This document shows, piece after piece, positions 24,901 through 38,247 of a stretch of 64,000 nt of DNA; the stretch's first letter is position 1; each line of letters begins with the position of its first letter. The position numbers and the translations under genes are program-made. This DNA comes from the human T2T-CHM13v2.0 reference genome, Homo sapiens. Location of the stretch: the NCBI RefSeq assembly GCF_009914755.1, contig NC_060947.1; one strand, written 5' to 3'. A model generated the notes under the pieces. It had not been told where the DNA came from. It searched no databases and saw only the letters and a list, made by a program, of their open reading frames with translations.

Positions 24901-25442
24901 ATAAGAAATTCATTCATTCAGCTATTAAATAAGTTAGTAAGCACCCAGAAGTAATGAGGGATGAATCAAATATGTGTTCTTCCTTCAAAACAATACAAAA
25001 TTTAGAGTTAATAGTAAAGTGAAGCAAAATCCTACTGACTCAACGAAGCTTTGTATTAATATAATTCTAATAATGGGTAACTTTCTTAAGGCAAACATTT
25101 GAAGAGCAGTTGTCACTGTCGGCTAGTTGAAGAATACATCATTAGGCCAATGTATAAAACTACCTGGATATATGTGTTTTCATTAACTCATCTTTCTTTT
25201 TCTTTTTTTTTTAAATTTTCTTCAACTTATAAGTCCAGGGGTACATGTGCAGGATGTGCAGGTTTGTTATATAGGTAAACATGTGCCATGGTGGTTTGCT
25301 GCACAGATCATCCCATCACCTAGGTATTAAGCCCACCATTCATTAGCTATTTTTCCTGATGTTCTCCCTCCCCAACTCCCCACCCAATCAGGCCCTAATG
25401 TGTGTTGTTCCCCATCCTCATGTGTCCATGTGTTCTTGTCAT

Positions 25443-28400
25443 TCAACTCCCACTTATAAGTGAGAACATGCAGTGTTTGGATTTCTGTTCCTGCATTAGT
25501 TTTCTGAGGATAATGGCTTCCAACTCCATCCATGTCCCTGCAAAGGACATGATCTTGTTCCTTTTTATGGCTGCATACCCCACGGTGTATATATACCACA
25601 TTTTCTTTATCTAGTTTCCTTGATGGGCATTTGGGTTGATGCCATGTCTTTGCTGTTGAGAATAGTGCTGCAATGAACATACACGTGCATGTATCTTTAT
25701 AATACAGTGATATATATTCCTTTGTGTCCATGCCCAGTAATGGGATTGCTGGGTCTAAGGGTATTTCTGCCTCTAGGTCTTTGATGAATCACCATACTGT
25801 CTTCCATAATGGTTGAATTAATTTACACTCCCACCAACAGTGTAAAAGCATTCCTTTCTCTCCACAACCTTGTCAGCATCTGTTGTTTTTTGACTTCTTA
25901 ATAATAGCCTTTCTGACTGGTGGGAGATAGTATCTCATTGTGGTTTTGATTTTTCATTTCTCTAATGATCGGTGACATTGAGCTTTTATTAATATGTTTG
26001 TTGGCCCCATGTACATCTTCTTATGAGCAGTATCTATTCATATCCTTTGTCCACTTTTCATTGTTTTTTTTTTCTTGCAAATTTGTTTAAGTTCTTTGTA
26101 GACTCTGGATATTAGACCTTTGTCAGATGGAGAGATTGCAAAAATTTTCTCCCACTCTGTAGGTTGTCTGTTTACTCTCTTGATAGTTTCTTTTGCTGTG
26201 CAGAAGCTCTTTAGTTTAATTAGATCCCATTTGTCAATTTTTGCTTTTGTTGCTATTGCTTTGGGCAATTTCGTCATGAAATCTTTGCCTGTGCCTATGT
26301 CCTGAATGGTATTGCCTAGATTTTCTTCCAGGAATTTTATAGTTTTGGATTTTACATTTAAATCTTTAATCCATCTTGAGTTAATTTTTGTATATGGTGC
26401 AAGGAAGGAGTCCAGTTTCAGTTTTCTGCATATGGCTAGCCAGCACTCCCAGCACCATTTATTAGACAGTCCTTTCCCTATTGCTTGTTTTTGTCAGTTT
26501 TGTTGAAGATCAGATGGTTGTAGGTGTTCAGTCTTATTTCTGAGTTCTCTATTCTGTTCCATTGGTCTATATGTCTGTTCTTATACCAGTACCATGCTGT
26601 TTTGGTTACTGTAGGCTTGTATAGTTTGAAGTTGGGTAGTGTGATGCCTCCAGATTTGTTCTTGGCTATTTGGGCTCTTTTTTGGTTCCATATTAATTTT
26701 AAAGTAGTTTTTTCTAATTCTGTGAAGAATGTCAGTGGTAGTTTAATGGGAATTGCATTGAATCTATAAATTACTTTGGGCAGTATAGCCATTTTCATTA
26801 TATTGATTTTTCCTATCCATGAGCATGGAATGTTTCTCCATTTGTTTGTGTCCTCTCTGATTTCTTTGAGCACTGGTTTGTAGTCTTCCTTGAGGAGGTC
26901 TTTCACTTCCCTTGCTAGCTGTATTCATAGGTATTTTATTCTTTTTGTAGCAATTGTGAATGGGCGTTCATTCATGATTTGGCTCTCTGCTTGCCTGTTG
27001 TTGGTGTATAAGACTGTTGGCAATTTTTGCACATTGACTTTATATCTTGAGACTTTGCTGAAGTTGCTTAACAGCTTAAGAAGCTTTTGATTTGAGACAT
27101 TGGGGTTTTCTAAATATAAAATCATGTCATCTGCAAATAAAGATAATTTGACTTCTTCTCTTCCTATTTTAATATGCTTTATTTCTTTCTCTTGCCTGAT
27201 TGCCCTGGCCAGAACTTCTAATATGATGTTGAATAGGAGTGGTGAGAGAGGGCATCCTTGTTTTGTGCCGGTTCTCAAGGGGAATGCTTCCAGATTTTGC
27301 CCATTCAGTATGATATTGGCTGTGGGTTTGTCATATATGGCTCTTATTATTTTGAGTTATCTTCCTTCAATACCCAGTTTATTGAGTTTTTAACATGAAG
27401 GGATGTTGAATTTTATCAAAGGCCTTTTCTGCATCTATTGAGATAGTCATGTGGTTTTTGGCATGAGTTCTGTTTATGTGATTAATCACATTTATTTATT
27501 TGCATATGTTGAATCAACATTGCATCCCAGGGATGAAGCCAACTAGATCATGGTGGATAAACTTTTTGACCTGCTGCTGGACTCAGTTTGCCAGTGTTTT
27601 ATTGAGGATTTTTGCACTGATGTTCATCAAGGATATTGGCCTGAAGTTTTCTTTTTTTGTTGTTGTATCTCTTCCAGGATTTGGTATCAGGATGATGCTG
27701 GCCTCATAGAGTGAGTTAGGGAGGAGTCCCTCCTTTTCAATCTATTGGAGTAGTTTCAATAGAAATGGTACCAGATCTCCTTTGTACTTCTTGTAGAATT
27801 CAGCTGTGAATCCGTCGGGTCCTGGGCTTTTTTTGCTTGGTAGGCTATTTATCACCGCCTCAATTTCAGAACTCGTTATTGGTCTATTCAGAGATTCAAT
27901 TTCTTTCTGGTTCAGTCTTGGAAGGGTTATGTGTTCAGGAATTTATTTATTCTAGATTTTCTAGTTTATGTGCATAAAGGTGTTTGTCATGTTCTCTGAT
28001 TGTTATTTGTATTTCTGTGGGGTCATTGGTGATATCTTCCTTATCATTTCTGATTGTGTTTATTTGAGTCTTGTCTCTTTTCTTCCATATTAGTCTAGCT
28101 AGTGGTCCATCTGTTTTATTAATTTTTTCAGAAAACCAGCTCCTGGATTCATTGATTTTTGAAGGGTTTTAGTGTCTCCATCTCCTTCAGTTCAGCTCTA
28201 ATCTTGGTTATTCCTTGTCTTCTGCTAGTTTTGGGGTTTGTTTGCTCTTGGTTCTCTAGTTCTTTTAGTTGAGATATTAGGTTAACTTGAGATCTTTCTA
28301 GCTTTTTGATGTGAGGATTTAGTGCTATAAATTTTCTTCTTAACACTCCTTTAGCTGCATCCCAAAGATTGTGATATGTTGTCTCTTTGTTCTTATTTGT

Positions 28401-29205
28401 TTCAAAGAACTTCTTGATTTCTGCGTTAATTTCATTGTTTACCCAAGAGTCATTCAGGAGCAGGTTGTTCAATTCCCATGTAGATGTGTCGTTTTGAGTA
28501 AAGTTCTTAATCTTGAGTATGTTGTGAACTGAGACTGTGTGTTATGACTTCAGTTCTTTTGCATTTGCTAAGGAGTGTTTTACTTCTGATTATGTGATCA
28601 ATTTTAGAGTAAGTGCCATGTGGGCAATGAGAAGAATGTATATTCTGTTGAATTTGGGTGGAAAGTTCTGTAGATATCTATCAAGACCACTTGATGCAGA
28701 CCTGAGTTCAGGTCCTGAATATCTTTGTTAATATTCTGCCTTGATGATCTGTCCAATATTGTCAGTGGGGTGTTAAAGTCTCCCACTATTATTGTGTGGG
28801 AGTCTAAGTCTCTTTGTAGGTCTTTAATCACTTGCTTTATGAATCTGGGTGCTCTTATATTGGGTGCATATATATTTAGGATAGTTAGCTCTTCTTGTTG
28901 AATTGAACCCTTTACCATTATGCCCTTCTTTGTCTTTTTTGATCTTTGTTGGTTTAAAGTATGTTTTGTCAGAAACTAGGACTGCAACCCCTGCTTTTTT
29001 TCTGTTTTTCATTTGCTTGGTAAATTTTCCTCCACCCTTTATTTTGAGCCTATGTGTGTCTTTGCACGAGATGGGTCTCTTGAAGACAGCACACTGATGG
29101 GTCTTGGCTCTTTATCCAGCTTGCCATTCTGTGCGTTTTATTTGGGGCATTTAGTCGTTTTACATTTAAAGTTAGTATTGTTATGTATGAATTTGATCCT
29201 GTCAT
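25443..29205 (-). pseudogene. L1 ORF2 (endonuclease/reverse transcriptase), disrupted
   Basis: Fragments [57 protein letters not shown] in different frames. Confidence 0.9.
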
Positions 29206-29274
29206 TGTGATGCTAGCTGGTTATTTTGAAGACTTGTTTATGTGATAGATTCATAGTGTCACTGGTCTGTGTAC

Positions 29275-30292
29275 TTCAGTGTGTTTTTGTAGTGACTGAT
29301 AATGGTTTTTCCTTTCCATATTTAGAGCTTCCTTCAGGAGCTCTTCAAGGCAAGCCTGGTGGTGATGAATTCCCTAAACATTTGCTTGTCTGAAAAGGAT
29401 CTTATTTCTCCTTTGCTTATGAAGCTTAGTTTGGCCAGATACGAAATTTTGGGTTGGAAATTCTTTCCTTTAAGAATGTTGAATATTGGCCCCCAATCTC
29501 TTCTGGCTTGTAGGGTTTCTGCTGAGAGGTCCGCTGTTAGTCTGATGGGTTTCCCTTTGTAGGTGACCTGGCCTTTCTCTCTGGCTGCCCTTAACATTTT
29601 TTCTTTCATTTTGACCAAGGAGAATCTGATGATTATGTTTCTTGGGGTTGATATTCTCATGGAGTATCTTAGTGGGGTTCTCTGCATTTCCTGAATTTGA
29701 CTGTTGCCTGTCTTGTTAGGTTAGGGAGGTTCTCCTGCATGATATCCTGAAGTATGTTTTCCAACTTGGTTCCATTATCCCTGTCTCTCTCAGGTACCCC
29801 AATCAGTCGTAGGTTAGGTCTCTTTACATAATCCCACATTTCTAGGAGGTTTTGTTCATTCCTTTTTGTTCTTTTATCTCTTTTCTTGTCTGCCTGTCTT
29901 ATTTCAGACAGAGCATCTTCAAGCTCTGAGATTCTTTCCTCTGCTTGGTCTATTCTGCTATGGATACTTATGATTGCATTGTAAAGCTCTCCCGACATAT
30001 TTTTCAGCTCCATCAGGTCGGTTATGTTCCTCTCCAAACTGGCTATTCTGGCTATCAGCTCCTGTACTGTTTTATCATGATTCTTCGCTTCTTTTCATTG
30101 GGTTACAACATGCTCCTTTAGCTCAGTGTAGTTCGTTATTACCCACTTTCTGAAGCCTGCTTCTGTCAAGTCAGCCATTTCAGCCTCACCCCAGTTTTGT
30201 GCCATTGCTGGAGAGGTGTTGCAGTGATTTGGAATAGAAGAGGCAATCTGGCTTTTTGAGTTTTTGGTGTTTTTATGTTGATTCTTTCTCAT
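29275..30292 (-). pseudogene. L1 ORF1, disrupted
   Basis: MRKNQHKN..., EMWDYVKRPNLRLIGVPE, LRAAREKGQVTYKGKPIRLTADLSAETLQARR in different frames. Confidence 0.9.
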
Positions 30293-32679
30293 CTTTGTGG
30301 GGTTATCTACCTTCAATCTTTGAGGTCACTGACCTTTGAATGAGTTTTTTGTGAGGTATTTTTTGTTGTTCATGTTGTTGTTGTTGTTTTCTGTTTGTGC
30401 AGTTTGTTGGGGTCTGCTCTAGACTCCAGTTGCCTCAGTTTCTCCTGTACCTGGAGGTATCACCAGTGAAGGCTTCAAAACAGCAAAGATGGCAGCCAGC
30501 TCCTTCCTCTAGAAGCTCCATCCCAGGGGGATACTGACCTGTTGCTGGCCCCCACATACCTGTAGGAGGTGGCTGGAGACCCTCATTGAGAAGTCTCAGT
30601 CAGTCAGGAGGAATGGGATCAAGGACCTACCCAAAGAAGCAGACTGGCTGCAGATGTGCTGTGTTGGGGGCTGGAGGGGTTGGGGGGCCTTCCTTGTCCA
30701 GACCACCTGTATTCTCCAAAGCTAGCAGACTGAAACAGTTGAGTTGACTGAACTGCAGAGATGGTGGCCGCTCTCTCCCTGGGAGCTCCATCCCAGGGAG
30801 ATATCAAAGTTCTGTCTATAGAACCCTGGCTGGAATGGCTGAAGCCCCCACAGGGAACTCCTGCCCAGTGAGGAGGAATGGACTGGGGTCCTGCTTAAAG
30901 AAGCAGTCTGGCTACAATCTGGCAAGGCAGCTATGCTTCATTGTTGGGGACCCTTCCTTATCTGGATTGTCTGTGTTCTCCACAGCCAGCAGGCTGGAGT
31001 GGCTGAGTTGACTGAGTTGCATAGGTGGCAGCTGCCCCTCCTCCCAGGAACTCGAACCCTTCTCAGGCAGACTCCAACCAGCTGCTGTTGGACGGCTGGG
31101 ATTCCAAGCCAGTGGGTCTTAACTTGTGAGGTTCCATGGAAGTGGGGCATGCAGAATGATGCTGCCTGGCTCCCTGGATTCAGTCCCCTTCCTAGTGATA
31201 TGTACAAATGGATTTCCTGCCTTGCAGGGGATCCCAGGGCCAGAGTATATAAAACTCCTGGATCTCGGTGTGTGCCTGAGCAGCTGCTCTGCCACGACTC
31301 CACATAGCTCTGTGTACCAGACCCAAGGCCCTGGTGGCCTGGACTGAGGAGGGGATCTCCTGATTCAAGGGTTGCAAAGAATCATGGGAGAAGCATGGTT
31401 TCCCAGGCAGAGTCACACAATCACTCGCTGCTTCCCTTGGCTAGGGGTGGGAGTTCCTTTGGCTCCATGCTGCTCCCGGGTGGGTCATGGCCACACCCCT
31501 TCCCCCACCACCACCCCACTTACTTTTCTTCGTTTTTCATGGGTTGAGCTGTTTGCCCAGTCAGTTCCAATGCAAGAACCTGGATATCTCAGTTGAAGGT
31601 GCTGAATTCACTCGCCCGTTTTCATTCCTCTCCATGAGTGCCACAGACTGCAGATGCTTCTAATCAGCCATCTTGGATCCCAATCTATTTTTCTTTAATT
31701 TAGTACCGCATATAGAAATTTATAAGGAGATTTTTAAAAGGTGTTTGTGAACAACAGCAATTAAGTGAAAGCTAAAACTTTAGTGATGATTGAAGAGCTG
31801 GCTCTAGGATGCATGCATGCCTTGCACAAAAATGCAGCTAAAAAGAAAGCCTAAATAAACATTTCATGTCAGCAATGGCAGGGGTCTGTGAGAGCTCTGA
31901 ACATACCTCTTGTGAATAGTAAGGTGTCATAATATTACTATGGGAATCAGAAAATGGGAGAATCTAGGAGATTTAGAACAGGTTTCAAAGGCAAGCAAGG
32001 CAAAGGTATAGTCATAAAGCAGTTTAGCTGACATGCAGGATGCTGGAAGAAAAAGGAGAGAGAAATACAGGTACAGAGCCCATGACTGCATTTTAGAGGA
32101 TGCTCAATGCTCAATGAGATTCTCACATCTAAACAAAGGCATGGAGGAGGGGAGGAAAGGAATACTGAACCTTTATATTGTTAAGTATTCCTTTAATAAA
32201 ACTATCTTTAGCAGAATGGGATTGCTTGGCTCTTGTAAACAGCAAGAGTGGGACTCTAGTGAGAGATACCTGAAGCAGGAGATATATATCACCAGGGCAC
32301 TCTGTATGTGTCCACTTTCTTCTTTCCTGGTACCTTCTCCATGAAGTGAAACCATCTTTGCTCACAACCTCACATCTCTACACCCATTGAGGTTCGCTCT
32401 CAAAGAAGTCCCGGGGAAGAGTCTTAATTTGTCTGGCCTGATACACAGATCCATTAGGTGAACCAGATACAACGGTGTGGTGAGGTTCTATATTTCACAG
32501 GACCCACCCAAATCATATAATTAGACTGAGAAAGGAGCAACTGCCTCAAAGAAGGAGAGCAAATAAAGATCTGACAAAATAATAAATGCCTACTACTTAA
32601 ATGTCAAAAAACAGCATAATAAATTCGAGTATGAAAAATATTAAGTAGCTATTAAAAATTTAAATTATTGTTTTATAAA

Positions 32680-33180
32680 TTTAATGAGATCCCAATGAGT
32701 GCCAATCATTTTTGTCTAGAACCAGTCATTCTAATTGAAAAGTTAAATGACAAAATATACAAGAATAGCTAGGCAAAAGCCTGAAGAATAACAAAAGTAA
32801 TGAAGAATGACAAGTGCTACTAGATATTAAAACATATTTATAATGTTCAAAATTATTTTAAAATATGGAGCTGATACACAACCAGAAATGCCAATGCAAC
32901 TGAATAGTCCAGAAATATAAAATAGAAATCCATATGAGGATTTAGCATATGATAGAAGGGGGCATCTCAAACCTATTTGGTAAAGTTGGGCTTTTTAATC
33001 AATGGCAATAGGGACAATTGGGTAGCCTTCTGGAAAAAGAAAAGTTGGCTCCATACTTCACAGTGTGCACCAACATCAACTCCAAATGGATCAATTTTAA
33101 AGGTAAAACTTTGAAATCTTAAAAGTACTAAAGAAAGGAAAATGAACAAATTTCCTAGAAGTAGAAAAAACTTTCCTATG
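32680..33180 (+). mobile_element. Old L1 (L1ME/L1M5-like) ORF2 fragment
   Basis: caagaatagctagg...agatattaaaacatatttataa...gggacaattgggtagcc...aactccaaatggatcaa. Confidence 0.6.
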
Positions 33181-33316
33181 ATTTATGTGAAGTATACAAC
33201 TCAGAGGAAAAGTACAAATGTTTTAATAGTCATTGTCTTTCCTATCTTTTCACAGGTAACAAAGGGTCAGATTCTGAAAGCCCTGGCCATGTCTCTTTAT
33301 TGTCCGTAAACAATAA

Positions 33317-33662
<346 letters not shown>

Positions 33663-33690
33663 TCCACTCTGTTATTTCTATTTCTCTAAT

Positions 33691-33691
<1 letters not shown>

Positions 33692-33723
<32 letters not shown>
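33692..33723. repeat. Perfect T32 homopolymer
   Basis: Seen directly; not the tail of the adjacent Alu, whose tail is at its other end. Confidence 0.98.
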
Positions 33724-33728
<5 letters not shown>

Positions 33729-36700
33729 GGTACCGTCATTCTGACTTTCTATTTCTCCTTCCTTCTGGGGGATCCTTCCTTTGACTTGCCAGCTCCCATC
33801 TTCGCGCTTCTATACTTGAAGACTTTCTTGCTGCTGATCGTGTCCCTGCCTGCCTTCCTCTATCTTTCAATACAATTGATACTTGGCCAGGCATTGTGGG
33901 ACAAAAGAACTCAGAAGAACTAGCTGAGCCAGGAGAAGGTGTTGCGAAGGCAGGCAGGACTCCTGTAGCTGCTGGGAAGCAGTAAGGGCAGGAGGATAGC
34001 TATTCGAGACTAGCTCGGCCAGCTAGGCAAGGGTGCAAGCTGTAGCCAAATCCTAAACTGTGGAAATCACTTTTCACAGCCCAGTGAAGTCTCAGCTTGA
34101 GCTTATGCTGTGTCACCAAGGAGAACTGAGGCTGTCTGGGCCTCTCTGTGGGCTCAGTGCCAGAAATCTGTTTTGCTTATTTATTTGAGCATTTAAGGGT
34201 TCTCCTGAGACAGAACAATATAAAACAAAACAAAACAAAACAAAATCCTGCACAACAAGCTTGATCCAGATATAGTGATCAGAGGATTGGGGCTATTTTG
34301 AGTACAGCATCGAGTCAGTTATTTAGAGTTATCTTCCTACCCAGCATCCACAATTGGACAAGTGTGTCCAATACTTATGGAGGGTCCTTGGTCACATTCC
34401 TAAGAGCTCTGTAAGGCACTGGGGCATAAGCAGCTGCTATGCAGAGGATGACAGAGAAAAGGGAAATTCTTCACCCACTTCATACCAAGTCCTCAAGAAA
34501 GAACAGCAGTGCCCAGTGGACAGGTCATCAATACCTACAAACTCACAGGGACAAGTCACAGCCTGAGCCCAACAGGCCTGATGGAAAGAAAAATTCGTGA
34601 TTTGTTTATGGGCACGTCTGATATGCCCTGATAGCTCTCGAAATCACTGGGGTGGGGGTGGGGGAAGGGGAGGAGGAGAGCCCTGCAATGGCAGGAATGG
34701 TGGAAATAAAGAAAAAAGAGGTTTCCTCTGAGAAGCTATACATCATCAGCTTGGGTGTGGTATTTTTTCAGAGTGCTTTTTGTTTCATCAGCAATGATAA
34801 AGCAAGTAGTTCAGACTGATTTGGGTCTCTGATCCTAGGGAAAATGCCCACCCGCTTCAGGTTGTCAAAAATACCTGTTGGACATTTGGCCAGGATGGTT
34901 GGGAGGGCTGTTGGGGAAAGAGCAACAGTTCAAATCTTGGCTCTGTCAGAAATGAGCAATGAGACTTGGAATTTGTGCCCGAACCTCTCTGGGCCTCCGT
35001 TTTTTCTTTGTAAAATAAAGAGGTTGTGCTATATCAGCAATTTGTAAATGGTATTGAATAGCGCACTCCAGTCTAGGGAGTGCCTGGGCTGAGAAAAGGG
35101 GACTGTGAAGGCTGGCTGAGATGGCCCTAGGCCCCCAGCCCCACCTCTCCAAGAGCAACAGCATACATGTCAGTTTCACATATTGCAGCTACTTAGTTGT
35201 TTTTATTTGAGGGAAAATCTTGACTGCTAAAATAAACTTGGACAACCACTTAACCAAAATAGTAATTCAAAGGAAACACCACAGTAGAGCTATGAGGACT
35301 AATGGGTACTATTAGCAAGAGAGAGGAGTGTTTATCTTGCAGGTGTGCCATTCTGAACTTCCTAAGGATTCTGGGCAAAATGGAACTCACTAATGCAAGA
35401 AATGAAGACATGCCATCTGGGCCACGTTGGGTGGGCTTGTAAGGCAGTTGAGGTGTTGAAGCTAGAGAGAAGGGTTGGAAGATAAAGTAGAAAGAGGAAT
35501 CAAGGAAAGAGGATTACTGGGTACTCATGTGAAATGAGCTCAAAGTAACTGGAGGGTGCCTAGAGGGGAACAGTGGGGCAACACTGGCCTCATCTACTGG
35601 TCTCCACAGGCATTCCTGCTTTATCACATGTAAGAATGCGTTGTTTCTGAAGCCTTGCCAGGCATTGCTGGGTCTAAAAGCAGGTTAACAAAATAAAACC
35701 AATCATTACAATACTGAAATACTTAAAGGTTTATAAACTCAACTCGTAAAGATTCAAAAGCCTCTCTTAAATGAAGGTCTGCTGGTAGTGTAAATTAGCT
35801 GATTTTTCACAGGGGTCTACCTATTAGGACACCTGCTGAGAGTTATCACTCAGTTGGCAGTTACTTATCATCACTTCAGGAGAGATTGAAAATAGCATAT
35901 TATTTTTCTAGGATGGGAAAGTAATGTTATTCTACCAGTTCAAATTCCTGAGATTACAATTTGCATTACTCAATATTTTTTTAAATTCTATCTGCTCCAA
36001 ATAGATAAATATTCAGTGCTGAAAATGGAATTCAGGGGATAATTACTGGATTCATATAAAGCTGCAATTATAGTAATCTGATGATTTCAATTACTCTGGC
36101 TTTCTCTTTGACAAGGATGACTGAAACACAGTAAAATTAGAACCCATAGGTCATATAAAGGTAAGATCACTGGACAGCATTTTGTATGGAAATATTCACT
36201 CCTAAATATGACTCATTAGCATCACAGTAACAAAATGTTGCAAAGCTTTCCTTCTACAAAGAAGATTGGCACATCCTGTCTTACCCAATAACATTCATTC
36301 TACTCCTCCTGTCCCCAACAAAATGTAACAGGAAACAATCAATCACTACCCAATATCACGATCTTTCAATGACTGCTTCCCAAATGCTGGAGTGAGCAAA
36401 GCAGTATGAATTCAAATCATGGCTCCTTTGGAGACTTGTTATAAGATATATGTGAGTTCTCTGGATCTCTAAGACCTACATGTTGCTTGCAGCATGGCCC
36501 TCCAAATTCTTACATTTGGAATGTGAGGTTCCTCCCTGCCTTCCTCCTCAATGTCCAGAACAAAACAATAGCCAATAATAAGAAAGAAAATAAAAATGAA
36601 AAACCCACCATGTATGAAAAATTCTATTATTTAAAGAGGGAAAGGGAGGACATTTTCTAGCATTTAACAGGTGCTGCTGTTAACCTACTTACATGGTTTC

Positions 36701-36746
36701 TGAGGTTGAAATAAACTCTGCACAGCTCCTGGAGATTTCTTTAGTC

Positions 36747-36964
36747 CAGTGATTCTCAACAAAGAGTGATTTTGCTTCCTAGGGGACATTTTGTTTCAAT
36801 GTCTGATGATATTTCTGGTTTTCTTAACTTGAGAAAGTGCTACTAGGATGTAGTGGGTATAGGTCAAGGATGCTGCTAAACATCCTGCAGTGCACAGGAC
36901 AGCCATTCATGATAAAGGATGATCCAGTCCAAAATGTCACTAATGCTGAGGTTCAGAATTCCCA
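36747..36964 (+). mobile_element. MER20 (hAT-Charlie)
   Basis: cagtgattctcaac...aggggacattt...ggatgctgctaaacatcctgcagtgcacaggacagcc. Confidence 0.85.
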
Positions 36965-37439
36965 CCTAACCCAACTGAGACATCATGCATCATTTGTCAA
37001 TGGTGCTTAACTGTACTAAAATAGAGAAGCTCATAAATCATTCCATTGTGTCATATAATAGAGATTAATCCTAGATGATGGCCAGAAGAGCAAGAGGTTG
37101 CCAAAGACTGGCAAAGTGAGGCAATTTCAGATTTAACATATGTGGAAGACCTATTGTGTGCCAGCTTCCCAGGTAACCCCTTCAACTCGATGAATAATTC
37201 TCTGAAGTAGGCAGAACTATGTTCATTTAAAGAAGCACAATCTAAGACTATGAGTTTAGTCATATGTTCAAGGTCTCTCAGCTAGGTAGTGAGACAGAGT
37301 TCAATCCCAGACCATTTTCCTTTCAACAGAATTTGGAAATGGAAGGTGGTACATAACACATGCCAAGCATATGCTAGAGGAAATCATGTGATAGAAATTG
37401 AGATTTCTTTTACCACTTCTGTATGTCCTTCCCGTGGCT

Positions 37440-37822
37440 TCTGCTTAAAATGGTCTATAACCTGTGACTTTGTTCAGAAGATACCACTGAAAGCCACTTT
37501 GGTCCTATGCATGGGGCAAAGCACATGATGCCTGGGATTCTACTTGCCCCTGAGCAGTCCTTCACCAATAACTCAGGACTTTGAGAGTATAAAAGTCCAA
37601 CTCCTGTTCCTCAAGGTAAGACAAAGGCTGAGAAGTAACTTACACTCCAGAGTTCCTCTGCATGATCAGGTTGAAATACCCAAGCAAGACAAAAATCACA
37701 CTCTTCCCTGTCCTGTTTCCCTAACTCCTTCACCATTTTCTCCTGAGAGCACTTCTTTAAGAAATCACTTGCACACAAATTCTTATCTCTGGGCCTGTTT
37801 CTGGGGAACCCAATCCAACACA
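37440..37822 (+). mobile_element. ERVL LTR (LTR16-like)
   Basis: gtaacttacactccagagttcc...cctgagagcacttc...aaatcacttgcacacaaat...tctggggaaccc; start approximate. Confidence 0.7.
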
Positions 37823-37901
37823 TAAGAAGAGATATCTTGCAGGGCCAGGGAGGTTGGAGTGCTTCTCAGAGTAAAAGGACATTTAACTGGGCTTTGGTGG
37901 G

Positions 37902-38247
37902 TGCTATGGTTTGAATGTACCCCTTCAAAATTCTGGTATTGCCAATGTGACAGTATTAAGAGGTGGGATCTTTAAGAGATTATTAAGCCATGAGGGCTCC
38001 TCCCTCATGACTGGGATTAAGGTCGTCATAAAAGAGGCTTCAAGCAGTAGTGTTTGTCTCTTGCCTTTCTACCTTCCCCCATGCCCACCATTTGAGGACA
38101 CAGCAAGAAGGCCCTCAGCAGACACCAAATGCCAGTGCCTTAATCTTGGACTTCCCAGCCCCTCCAGAACTGTGAAAAATAAATTTCTGTTCTTTATAAA
38201 TTACCCAGTCTCAGGTATTTTGTTGCAGCACAGAATGGACTAAAACA
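37902..38247 (+). mobile_element. MaLR solo LTR (MSTC/D-like)
   Basis: tgctatggtttgaatgt...catgagggctcctccctcatga...tttataaattacccagtctcaggtat...gactaaaaca. Confidence 0.85.

Larger units (their letters stand above)
25190..31682 (-). mobile_element. Full-length but inactive L1PA (about L1PA10-13), about 6.5 kb
   Basis: Poly(T) tail near 25190-25212, 3'UTR, ORF2, ORF1 and about 1.35 kb 5'UTR beginning (reverse) ggatccaagatggctgattagaagc. Confidence 0.93.

Noticed and set aside
30480-31050. Two to three diverged internal repeats (about 280-bp period) in the L1 5'UTR
   Set aside because: Most likely an inherited feature of older L1PA 5'UTRs rather than specific to this locus
35743-35750. CTCGTAAA posterior-HOX motif in non-repeat DNA
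   Set aside because: Single 8-mer without a convincing cluster
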